Shown piece after piece: positions 50,507-61,839 of a DNA stretch of 64,000 bases; the stretch's first letter is position 1; each line of letters starts with the position of its first letter. The notes below the pieces were generated by a model, which made no database searches, was not told the DNA's origin, and was given only the letters and a program-made list of their open reading frames with translations. A program made the translations under genes and the position numbers. This stretch comes from Azolla caroliniana (Eukaryota > Plantae > Polypodiophyta): NCBI GenBank assembly GCA_043228905.1, contig JBHGNT010000022.1, forward strand, positions 1,302,001 to 1,366,000. Reading direction: 5' to 3'.

Positions 50507-52165
50507 GAAGAGAATGCCTCTGGAACTCGTGCATATTGACGTATGCTATGTGGACTCAAAGTATGCTATGTGGATTCAAAGTCTCATGCTGGTTCACAGT
50601 ACTTCATGACCTTCATTAGATGACTATAGTCGGATGTTGTGGGCTTCCGTCTTGAAAACAAAGGACCAGGTGTTATCCATTTTCAAGGAGTTCCAAGAGA
50701 GAAACCTGTTGAAAATTGAAGGCAGTCCGAGCGGACAATGGAGGCGAATACTGAGGGCATTTTGGGGAGTACTGCTAATTGAAGAGAATATGGCTCGAAT
50801 ACACCATGCTGAAGATGGCAGAGCTAAACGGGTTGGATGAGAGGATGAACTAGACCATTATGGAAAGGGTCCGAAGTATACTAGCACATGCAAAGTTGTC
50901 CTAGACATTTTGGGTTGAGGCGCTGATGACAACAATGTACATGATAAATAGATCGCCCTCAACACCCTTGGACGGAGATGTTCCATAGAGAGTGTGGATT
51001 GGCAAAGGCGTGTCGTACCGACACTTGAAGGTGTTTGGTTGTCTTGCTTATGTGCATGTGGCTAAGGACTAAAGGGGAAAATTAGATCTGAAAACTCGGT
51101 CATGTATATTTCTCGGCTACGACGATGACAAATTCGGCTATCGGCTATGGGACCTAATCGACAAGAAGGTGATTAGGAGCCGAGACATCATCTTCATGGA
51201 AGAAAAGACGATTGCCGATTGGGAGATGGAGAATAAACCTCCAGTTACCAATTCGAGCCGAGTAGATGTTCAACCAAATCGAACAGAAGTCGAATCCGAA
51301 CCAGTCGGCCGATTAAATACTCAGCAAAATTGAGAACTGTGTGAGGAACAAGAGGAACCAGCCAAATAAGGATCCGAATACTACTCGGCCGAAGAAGTCA
51401 AAGAGGAGACAACCATGCTGAATGGAGGCTAAAGATATCGCATGAGAGAGAGAAGGGCCCCTCAGAGATTTCCGGATGTAGAATGTGTATTGCTAACCGA
51501 CGAGGTGGAGCCGGAAAGCTTCGAGGAAGCTAAGACAGACACCCACAACCATAAGTGGTTAAGTGCCATGCAAGAGGAGATAGATTCCTTGCATGAGAAC
51601 CACACATACGAATTGACCGAGTTGTCGAGAGGAAAGAGGCCATTCCGGAACAAGTGGGTGTACAAGCTGAAGCTGAGAGATGGCAGAAATCAACAAGGGT
51701 ATAAGGCCCAAATTGTCGTAAAGGGCTTCCAACAGAAGAAATGAGTGGATTTTGATGAGATATTTGCCCCTGTAGTGAAGATGACATCCATTCGAACGGT
51801 GCTAAGCATAACAGTCAACATGGACCTCGAAGTCAAACAATTGGATGTCAAGACAACGTTCCTACATGGTGATCTCGAAGAGGAAATATACATGTAGCAA
51901 CCGGAAGGATTCGAAGAGAAAGGTAAGGCAAACCTAGTATGCTGATTGAGGAAGAGCTTATACAGATTGAAGCAAGCTCCTCGGCAATGGTACCGAAAAT
52001 TTGAATCCTTCATGGTGGATCACGACTTCAACAAGACACAAGCCGATCATTGCGTCTTTTTAAAGAAATAGGATGGAGGGGATTTTCTCATCCTCCTATT
52101 GTATTTTGATGACATGCTGATTATCGTACAAGACCCAAAGAAAATCGTAAGTTTAAAGAAGGCCT
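50507..52165 (+). pseudogene. Degenerate copia integrase-RT fragment 'J' (related to E)
   Basis: PLELVHIDVC...LKTKDQVLS...RERRAPQRFP..VLLTDE.EPESFEEAK...IFAPVVKMTSIR, collinear with the E polyprotein; many stops. Confidence 0.88.
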
Positions 52166-54125
52166 TGTTGTGTGCATGTGATACACTAGAGCATGTATGT
52201 ACGCATACATGTGCCAAGTGTTAACAATACAATGGAGCAATTATGCTCATGATGCTACCTTAAATCTACAGGAACAATTATGCATATGATTGTATATTGG
52301 ACATGTTGGTTAACACACAACACTCAATATAACACAAAAGTTCACGAGTTCGGATCTTGACATGACCGTTGTTATGTCCGCGACATTATCCCCCCTGTTT
52401 AGCACCGACTTCCAGGCAGCGCAGGCTTGTGTGGATAACGAACTACCTCGACTGCATTCATCAAATGGTGGTGAGGTTCCCAAGTAGCTTCAGATATCTC
52501 GGGTATCCTTTCCAACGTACAAAATAATAGAGTTTTTGACGTAGAAACTTGGAGTCAAGGATTTTTTCAACTTCATACTCATTGCCAGACTCCAACTCAA
52601 TGGGCAGTGGTCGAGCGGGTTGTCGCCCGGGAAGTACAGAGGGATGGTAAACCTCCAAGAGAGATACATGAAAAACGTCATGGATGCGATAGTGGGGAGG
52701 AAGGTCGAGTCGATAGGCCACAAGATTGATACACTTGGAGACGCGGAAGGGGCCCAATTTTGTGTAATCTAGCTTGGCACATGGACGAGTGATCGTAATA
52801 TTGTGTCATAGTAGCCAAACCATGTCACCTACTTGAAAGTTGGGTGCTGGAGCTTGTAGATTGTTGGCTGTTGCCTTTTGTCGATCTTGCACATTAACAA
52901 GCTCAAGAGTTAGATCTTGGTGGATTTCTTTTAGACGATGCGCCCACTCTTCAGCCGAGGGGTTCATAGAACCAGAGGGAAGGGATATGCTGAAGTGAGG
53001 TGGGAAACCAAAGTTGGCAAAGAATGGGGAGGTGCCGATGGATGAATGAAGGGTGTAATTATAAGAGAATTCAACCAAAACACGTTCGCGTTCACAAGTG
53101 GAAGGATTGCACATTCCACTTGTAGAATCTTCTTAAAACGAAGAAAATACACCCTCTCTACAATAATTGGATGCACTAGTATCACATGTTCCTCAACTTG
53201 ATAAGAATTTGCAAATATAAAAATACATGATAGATCTACAAGTGGAGATCATTAGAAATCATGCAAGTTTAGACATGTTGATAAGTTAATGTATCTAAAT
53301 AAAGTTCAACTATGGCTCAATATGGCACTATTGTGCGACAAGGGAAACACTAACTTAAAGACTTATATTAATTAGGTAGGTTTTACAAAATTATGAGGTG
53401 TACTTGTATCCATACTAATAAAATGAGATATAATTTATACTTTGACCCATACGTGCATGTATGTAATTGTCGAAAATGTAGGATAGTGCACATTAGGATA
53501 AGTGATTGGAATAACTAACTTATTAAAGTATTCAATACTTATATTAAAAGTTGATCTAATCTATTCCTCAGTTTGTTCATATGGGATCAAACCATATGTG
53601 TATATAATTGTGCACAATGTAAGGCAGTGAACTTTAGGATAATGTCGTGGAAATAACAAACCTATTAGGCTTTCATACCTGTATTTAAAATTGATCTACT
53701 CTATTGCTTAGGTGATTCACACAAGATCAAACTCCGAACGATAACGCAACTGGAACCATTATCAACACACTACACAATCTAAGCAGCAATGGAATAGAAA
53801 CATAATAGTTTTAACAATATAAGACAAAGATCCATAATAACAACATGGACAGTCATGGCAAAAATTATAGGGCCATGTTCTGTTAAGGTTAGCTTGGACC
53901 AAAATCAGCCTCCATTTAAGCTAGTTCATGTTTCTCCATAAGTTTGGTAGTCAGCTATGCACGCGATGAAACCAATATCATAAATCTACTAATGAGGTAT
54001 ATAAAAATAAAATTGAAACATATAGATGATTATAAAGAATAGAATCCACTAGGTAAAACCCAAAATTTGTATTAATAATGTGAAATCTTAACAAATCGTC
54101 AGTGTCATATTCTTTATAGAGTCTA

Positions 54126-57100
54126 TTACATAGCAATCAATTCATCAACGTCATTTTCTTCATCATCTTGTGTAGAACTGTCTTCGGCTATACGTGCATT
54201 GGTTTCCCCTGTTAGCCGGGCCAACGAAATATCTTCTATAAGCTCATCATCAAGCTCTATTAGCTCTCCCGGTTCGCCGGCTAACGGAGGAATAGGCTCT
54301 CGCGAAGCGGGTTGAAACCTTTCTGTATTGGCGAGGTTCTTTGCACCGACCTCCTCATCCTGGTCTGGGCACTCCCACAAAACCTTAATCCGCATATTAA
54401 TAAATATAACTTGGTCCTCGTCCTTCTCCAATGCAACTGTATTCCTAAACAGCTTCAATGCACATGCTGACGTAGTTCCTATGATGTAAGTAACAAGAAG
54501 ATTTAGTTGTCAAACGAAAAAAAGTGATTGGTTATCTCAAGATCGTTACCCTAGTTCGAGGAATACCTGTGCCAGAAAAGAGATCTAATATCCAGTCTCC
54601 TTCGACAGAAAACATCTCGATCAAGCGCATCATAAGTCGTTGAGGTTTTTGGTATGGGTTGACAAGTCCCCGTTCTGTCGTGGTGACATGTCGCAATTTC
54701 CGAGTCACTGCTGGATATACCAACAGATTTGAACCTCCCACTTCATTAGAATGCTCTTTGATTCTCTGTTTTTTAATTTCATCGAAGTAGCCAACCGTTA
54801 TGTATTCAATGGCATTAACGAACCGAAAAGTTGGCCCTCTATTTACATTGGTCTTGATCCTATAAAAAATAATTCATCGAGTTAAGAATAGATTCAACAA
54901 CCTTAAGAATTGCAATATAATGAAAGACACCTATAAATATCCTTACCATGCAAGGTTCTCGATGCCATGGCAACGAGATCTCAAAGCTTGAGCTACCGAG
55001 TACCCTTGGTCCATACTATGAAAGACAACTATTCGCCACAAGGATGCGGTCGTTAGCTCAGCGAAATCCTTGACCATCTTCTCCAATTGTTTAAACCTAA
55101 ACGGTTCATCGTCGTATGATGACCCAGCCATTCGAAATCCGTAAGGAATATCCGCAATCATTAGCGTATATTCCTTCTTTGGCACCTTCTGGATCAAGTC
55201 GATGACATCACCGCAAACCACATTGTAGTAAAGATCTCTCGTAATATCTTTTTTGTGGCTAAATTTTTTAAACGAGCCATCTTCCTCCATTTCGTACGCC
55301 TTGACTAAGCGACGATCCTTTTCTTTTCTGGCTCGCTCGAGATGTGCAAGGAAGGATGTAGGGAAATCGTGTATATCCTTAACTTCTCCTTGTTTCTTGC
55401 CTCGACACGGTTTCTAATAGAAGCAATAGGACATCAGGTATTATTATACAAGCTCTACATATGATGAGAGGGTAATGAAAAAACATCAATACTAACCCAA
55501 TCCTTGCATGCAATAAAATACTCTGATAACGCCTTATACGAAGACGTTAGAGGATAATCCGCGGTCACTTGTTCCCAAGTTATACATCCAAGTTGTTTCA
55601 TCATTACTTCTTGGATCTTCATGTACACCTTATGACTGTAAAATTAGAAATCAAGATTAGAACTTTGAATTACACCAGATAGACTACAATTTCAGTATTT
55701 CAAAGACTTACTTATTGAACTCGGTGACCATTTCTTCAAGGCTTAAATCTTTCGCCACAACCCTTGACAAAACGGACACAAGAAGCTGCTCGTCCTTAAT
55801 ACCTTGCATCGCTCTCCATAGAGACAGCTTCATGTCGTCTGCCGCTTCTTCAATTGTCAAGTCAATTTTCTTGGCGGCTTGTGACTTTAATTCTAGTTGA
55901 GGGTCAACCCGACATTTCTTTTGTCGTTGACCCTTCACCTCCTTATTCTCCCACATTGAGAAGATTTGATCTTGGAGGTCCCATACTTCTCCATCTCTAA
56001 ACGCCAATTGAAACCAAGATTCATACTTTCGAAGACCATCGGACCTAACATTATCATCTACCACAATGCCGACTTCATGCAGACATTGACGTCGAAGGCC
56101 TGGATGTAACTTCACACCAAACTTTTGTTTCACATCTAAATACTCGTGGTGGAAGAACCGTATACACTCAATAGACGACATTTTCTGCCTATAGTCATTA
56201 TCATTATTATGGTCCCATGCCAACAGCTTAGCCTCTTCGGTTGTGAGCCCAACATAAATTTTGCACTCGGCATACTTGAAGAAGAAAGTGGTTGGATGTT
56301 CTCTCACAAGTTGCCTACGTGCCTCTGCTGAATGCGATCCACCAATGACAAAATAATTATATTGATCATGCTTTCTGATATCAAAATCTTCAATGGTTTC
56401 ACATTCTTCAGGATCCACCATAACAATAAAAGGCACCACTGTGGCATGAGGATTAATTTTCATTTTTTTCTTGAGATTTTGAACATGCATGCGATGAGGC
56501 TCTCTAATCTCAAGTGGTCTTCGACCTGTTTTTTCATCAATAGGGGGCCGATGGATGTGTGTTATAGGCAAATTAAATACTTGCCCTTTCCTGACCAGCT
56601 TCCGTTGCATTAACTCTCTCCTTATTTTATTCTGCTCGGATGACAAGACACCCGAGGCCAGCTCGGCTCCTGGCGTCCCCTTATTATCCTCTTCTTCATT
56701 TTCACTTGTCGAATCCGTATCCGACATTTTCGTTGTCTTCTTCTTGGCTGGTCTTGACTGGACTTTGGATACCTTTTTTGTGGCCTTCAAGTGGGAGGGC
56801 TCTTCATCTCTTAGAGTTACATGGCCTTGTATATAAGGCCTCAAGGTAACAATCAGGTTTTGTGAGTTATCAAGTGCTTTTTTGAACACTTCAGGCCCAC
56901 AAGATTCCTTTACTAAAAGGTCTTCTGAAAGGAACACTTTGCGTACCCCCTTGGAGCACTCTATCATTACCAGTATGTTGGCCGAATCTGCATCTTCGTA
57001 GTCAAATCGTAGAATTTGGCCATACATAAATGGAGTTTCTTTTCCTAGCTACCCCTCACCCTTCTTCTTTGCTGTATACAATACGACTTTTTTCTTTGAG

Positions 57101-58240
57101 TCGACATATTGCATACACCATTCCTTGTCCGTTAGATCTCGGTCAGGAAGGTCTTCGCCTCCAGTAGCGGCGACAAGTTTCTTTTGGCTTACATCACTAT
57201 GTGGCTGAGATTTTGTCTCTTCGTTAAAGAGAAGCTTCTTTCCTCTCTTCATGGTCTCCGGAGTTACCTTGGTCTGGGCTTCGATTGGAGAACCTTGTAT
57301 GCGAAGCTTAATTTTCTTCACGGGTCGGTCTGACAGGTTCTCAAACGACCTATTTAAGAAAGTATATGCAAAAACATAAGTTAGACAGTCACGTAGATTG
57401 AAGTTGTTATTATAATGAAGAACAGTTTCCAGGAGCAGTAACATATTCAAAAATCTATTATAGGCAGGGCTATTCAACCTAGAAAATATATATCGTAATA
57501 AGTAAAACGGGTTATATATTCTTTTAAATAGTAGGTATGACTTATATAGATTCTAAACCTATATTGAGGAGAATTTGCCATAGTGAAGGCAATTTGTAGA
57601 TCATTTTCTACTATTTTAAGCTAAAGTAGGTCATAAAACACCTATAATTAGAGCATGTATTTGTTTAAAAGTAAGTAAAGTCAACATAAAAAAGACTGAT
57701 TTTGCCAGACAATTTGATATCATTTCCACCCCGTAAACGATTTTTCTCTCTCAAAGGCTATACTTTAAACACGAACTCGATACGGCGTATCGAGTTCGTG
57801 TTTAAAACCTACACTTTAAACACGAACTCGATACGCCGTATCGAGTTCGTGTTTAAAACCTACACTTTATACACGAACTCGATACGCCGTATCGAGTTCG
57901 TGTTTAAAACCTACACTTTATACACGAACTCGATACGCCGTATCGAGTTCGTGTTTAAAACCTACACTTTAAACACGAACTCGATACGGCGTATCGAGTT
58001 TGTGTTTGAAGTATAGGTTTTAAACACGAACTCGATACGCCGTATCGAGTTTGTGTTTAAAACCTACACTTTAAACATGAACTCGATACGCCGTATCGAG
58101 TTCATGTATACAATACAAATATTTATACACGAACTCGATACGCCGTATCGAGTTCTTGAGAAACGAAACATATTTACAAAACTGTCCACAGTGTCAGAGG
58201 CCTACCTGGACTCCTCGCGCTCGATTCTCTTGGAAGACAT
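54126..58240 (-). pseudogene. Six-exon gene for a ParB/Srx-like domain fused to a beta-class N6A/N4C DNA methyltransferase (~974 codons, one in-frame TAG at 57049-57051)
   Basis: Exons 58240-58206, 57349-55712, 55635-55497, 55413-54947, 54859-54567, 54478-54126; all GT-AG and in phase (2925 nt). ParB-like: LEIRE..HVQNLKKKM..PFIVMV..YFVIGGSHSAEA. MTase: CGDVIDL..LMIADIPYG..AWIKTN..FVNAIEYI..PYQKPQRLMMRLIEMFSVEGDWILDLFSGTGTTSACALKLFRNTVALEKD. Confidence 0.88.
57764..58155. repeat. Array of eight palindromes (full unit 43 bp, 51-bp period) in intron 1 of the ParB-MTase gene
   Basis: TTTAAACACGAACTCGATACG[G/C]CGTATCGAGTTCGTGTTTAAA plus spacer ACCTACAC. Centres at 57785, 57836, 57887, 57938, 57989, 58040, 58091 and 58143. 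Confidence 0.97.
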
Positions 58241-58383
58241 GGTTGATCGTGTTGAAGTGGAGGCGGAGATCGCGCTTTCGTGCTTTGTGCTCTGAGTGCT
58301 CTGTGTGCTCTGTGTGCTCTCTGAGTTCTGTGTGCTCTGTACGCTCTGTACGCTCTGGTGAGTGAAATATGATGAGGTCTTCC

Positions 58384-58391
58384 TATTTATA
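58384..58391 (-). promoter_or_regulatory. Putative TATA box of the ParB-MTase gene
   Basis: CCTATAAATAGG on the minus strand, ~145 bp upstream of the ATG at 58240. Confidence 0.5.
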
Positions 58392-59062
58392 GGGATTGAA
58401 CCCATGGTTAAAGTAACCATAGTCACCTTAACCAATGTTGGTAACTTTGAGGATAGTTAGTTTGTAACCATGGTCACATTAACTATAGTAACTTATGATT
58501 GTATTAATGATTACAAAGTCAAACTAACATATTGATCAATCTTTTATACTCATAACAACCTACAATCACTTCAAAGGTTATGAAGGAGACAATGATAGAG
58601 GTTCATGAATGTACCAATGATTGGTTACTAAAAGCAACAATTTTTATGACTCTCAAATGTTATGTATTAAAGATGTGGGCATGAATTAACCAATGATTGA
58701 TAAGTCTAATATTTAAAATGGTGAGCATTAAAGAACCAATGAGTGAGATGTTCTATATCAAAATGGGTGTCATTAATTAGCCAATGATTTTAACATTAAT
58801 CCAACATATTCAAGGCTTGTTAATGATTAGTTTTATATTTTACTTGATATAACATCATTTAGATCTAGTTTATATAATGATTGATAATTTAAGTTAAATT
58901 ACTTTATTAAAAATATTTTTTAGATGTATTGTATTAATAGAATATTACATAATATAGACATTCTATTGATTTGGCTTTTGTTTAGAGAGAAGTTTATGTT
59001 TAGGGAGGAGTATATGGTTAGAGAGGAGTATAACTTAGAGAGCCCTATCTAGACCTTAAGCC

Positions 59063-61839
59063 ATGAGTGAAGATTCACCGTTCTCGATTGAAGAATATTG
59101 TTTGTCATCAGACCCATCGTTTTCTACTGAAGAGTATTGTTTGTCAACAGAGTCACCATATTCGATTGAAGAATATTGTCTTTCGACCGACTCACCATAT
59201 TCTATCGAAGAATATTGTCTGAGCTCATCTACAGGGAATGTAAATATTGACACATGTGAAGAGTTCTCTATTGAAGAATACGATATTAATAAAGATACCG
59301 AGAATGAAGGAAGTGCCCAGGAAACATTGAATAACATTGGCGATGGTCAGAACAGAGAATTAGACTGTAACAAGGTTACACCAACCTCTATGCAGGAAGA
59401 GAAATCTGGGAGCCCTATGCATATTAGAAGAATCCCACGAAGAATTCGTCTGGCTAGATTTAGCTTGGTGACATCAGATAAACAGATTGGATTTGATGTC
59501 AACAAAATATGTTGTGCCCGTGGTTGTATGTCTATGATTGGAAAATCAAAGTTGCGAGAATTAAGGCGATACTATTTTTCGATGACCGGTGATGAGCAAG
59601 ACACTTACCTCGGATCACATATGCAACTAGTATCTGACAAATGTACGGGGATCAAAGTATCATTCGAGTATTATATCTTCCATGCGCAACAGATATGTAG
59701 AGTTGCATTCAAAATTGTGTTATGTGTTAGTAACATGCGGCTACATAGAGTACAACAACGTCTACTTAGCGGGGATCAGATGCTCAATTGTAAAGAGGTT
59801 CCAAGTATGAAAGGTGCAATTGGAAGACTAGCTATTGGCTGGATGAAAACTTACTTTCAGTTAAATTGTGAAGTAATGCCCACTACAGGTAGGATGCATC
59901 TTTCTGATAATTATACCCGTCGGGAAGTTTATGTCTATCGATCTGAAATGCTGGGCTCACGTAATAAGTCTATCACCTATAGCCAATTCACAAGATTATG
60001 GAGAGCTCGGTTTTCAAATGTTATTATTCCTCGTAAAGTACGTATGGGTTATTGCTCCATTTGTGCAAATCTTAAAAGTTTGGCTAAAGGTGCAAAGACA
60101 TCAATGGAAAAGGATACGAGTAAGAAGTTACTACAAGAGCATCGTGAGGCACAATCCTTAGAACGAAGGAAGGCGATGCATCATAGAGAGAAGTGTTTGA
60201 AGAGGCCTGAACAATACATGTGCTTAATGATAGATGGCATGGACCAGAAGAAGACATGCTTGCCGCATATGCGGAGGCTCCCCAAAGATGTCAATGATGA
60301 GTGCCTTGTTCAAATGCACTTGGTGGGATGCTTGGCTTATAATAGGTCTGTTCGACCTCACGTCTTCATTACTTACCCCAATGTTCACAATGACCCTAAC
60401 CTAACAGTTACAGTGATTCACCGAGTTTTGATGTCTTGGGGACAACCTTTCCCCCCTGTTCTATACATTCAATTGGACAATACTGCTAGAGAGAACAAAA
60501 ATTCAACTGTATTTGGCTATCTAAGTATGTTGGTCAACCTAGAATTGTTTAGGAAAGTGAAAGTCAATTTCCTTTTGGTTGGCCACACACATGACCATAT
60601 AGATCAGATGTTTAGCACATTCTCCAGACAGTTGTCTCGACATGATGCTTTCACTTTACCTAAACTATTTGATGTCATTTGTGATGCATATACACCACGC
60701 CCAAAAGTGTTACACTTGAAGGAGGTATATGACTTTAAGAGATATATATTAGATGGGGGTGGTGGGAATGTTAAAGTGCTTGCTCAGTTAAACAATATAA
60801 GTTTCAATCACATTTTTTTGATAAAGAAAAATGGAATAAGTGGTTCTACACTTTTGTATGCTAAACAATATTCATCTTCTACAACATGGGAACCTGAAGG
60901 TGGTTGCCAGTTATTACTTTGTATGCCGAGTACAATTGTCCATGGAGCTAAGCAAATGCCAATTGAGAAGAAAGGACAGTTGCAGAGCGACTTGGTATTA
61001 GAACAAAAACGGTCATGGCTCCAAGCCTTAGAAGAAAAAAGAAAACATATTGAGGCCGCCAAGAAATATGCCGCACAACAAGACACGTCATGGTGGGATG
61101 TATTTTATAGTGATCAGAAAGAAATTATAGACAATTGTGTATCTGTTGATAATTGGAATTTGGAAACGCCATTCACATGGTCGCTGCAACATGATCGCGT
61201 AAATAGAAGTCCGGAGCGACTAGTAAATGCGATTAATGACAGCTTGGTCCATCCACAACAAAGAGACATTTATGTGGGACCAAGGATGACCAAAGCAGCC
61301 GAAGCTAGATGGCAAGGAAATTTGCAAGAGCTCACCGCGGGGATGTTGATTGCAACGCCGGCTGATGAGAACTCACATGGCCACCAATTTTGGGTTGGTA
61401 AAATTCTAGAAGTGCTAATGCATGAAATAGATAACACGATCAAGTCTATAAATGTTCATTGGTACAACACTAGAGTGCAAATGCTTTTACAGGTAAGTAT
61501 ACATTGGAGATGATTGAATGCCAAACAAGAAGGGGAGGTAGGAAGAGGAAGCGAAACATTCGTAACACCTCGACCCTTGATATCTCTGATGTGGATATCA
61601 TCGTGTACGACTTCACACTTACAAAAGCCGGACGATTAAGGAAGTCAACAATAGATATAATAAAAGAAAAATTACCAGGTCTACAAGGTGGCTCGAGTCA
61701 AAGGCAAACGAGATCTGCTACATATAATCTAGAGTCAAACCATTTGGTTTATGACGAAGATAATGCACTAATTGGTACATCCGAGGATGATGAGGAGGAA
61801 TCGTCATTGTATATTAGTTATAGTAGTGATTCTCCGTAA
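59063..61839 (+). CDS. DDD-type transposase, Sola1/DUF7869-like; one frameshift near 61473
   Basis: 816-aa ORF with CSIC..H, IDGMDQ, QLDNTARENKN and FLLVGHTHDHIDQMFS. An apparent 1-nt deletion after WYNTR shifts the C-terminus (ANAFTGKYTLEM...DFTLTKAGRLRK) into ORF 61504-61839. Enclosed by the TIRs. Confidence 0.85.

Noticed and set aside
53464-53732. Two diverged ~130-bp direct repeats in the transposon's left arm
   Set aside because: An old local duplication with no structure or coding signal I can support.
57702-58295. ORFs with repeated TLNTNSIRRIEFVFKTY, and a CRISPR interpretation of the array
   Set aside because: The ORFs are translations of the 51-bp palindrome unit inside an intron. 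The spacers are 8 bp and constant, and there are no cas genes.
61489-61500. CAG|GTAAGT as a splice donor in the transposase
   Set aside because: A 1-nt frameshift just upstream explains the continuation (AFTGKYTLEM) more simply, and no fitting acceptor was identified. It is not fully excluded without RNA data.
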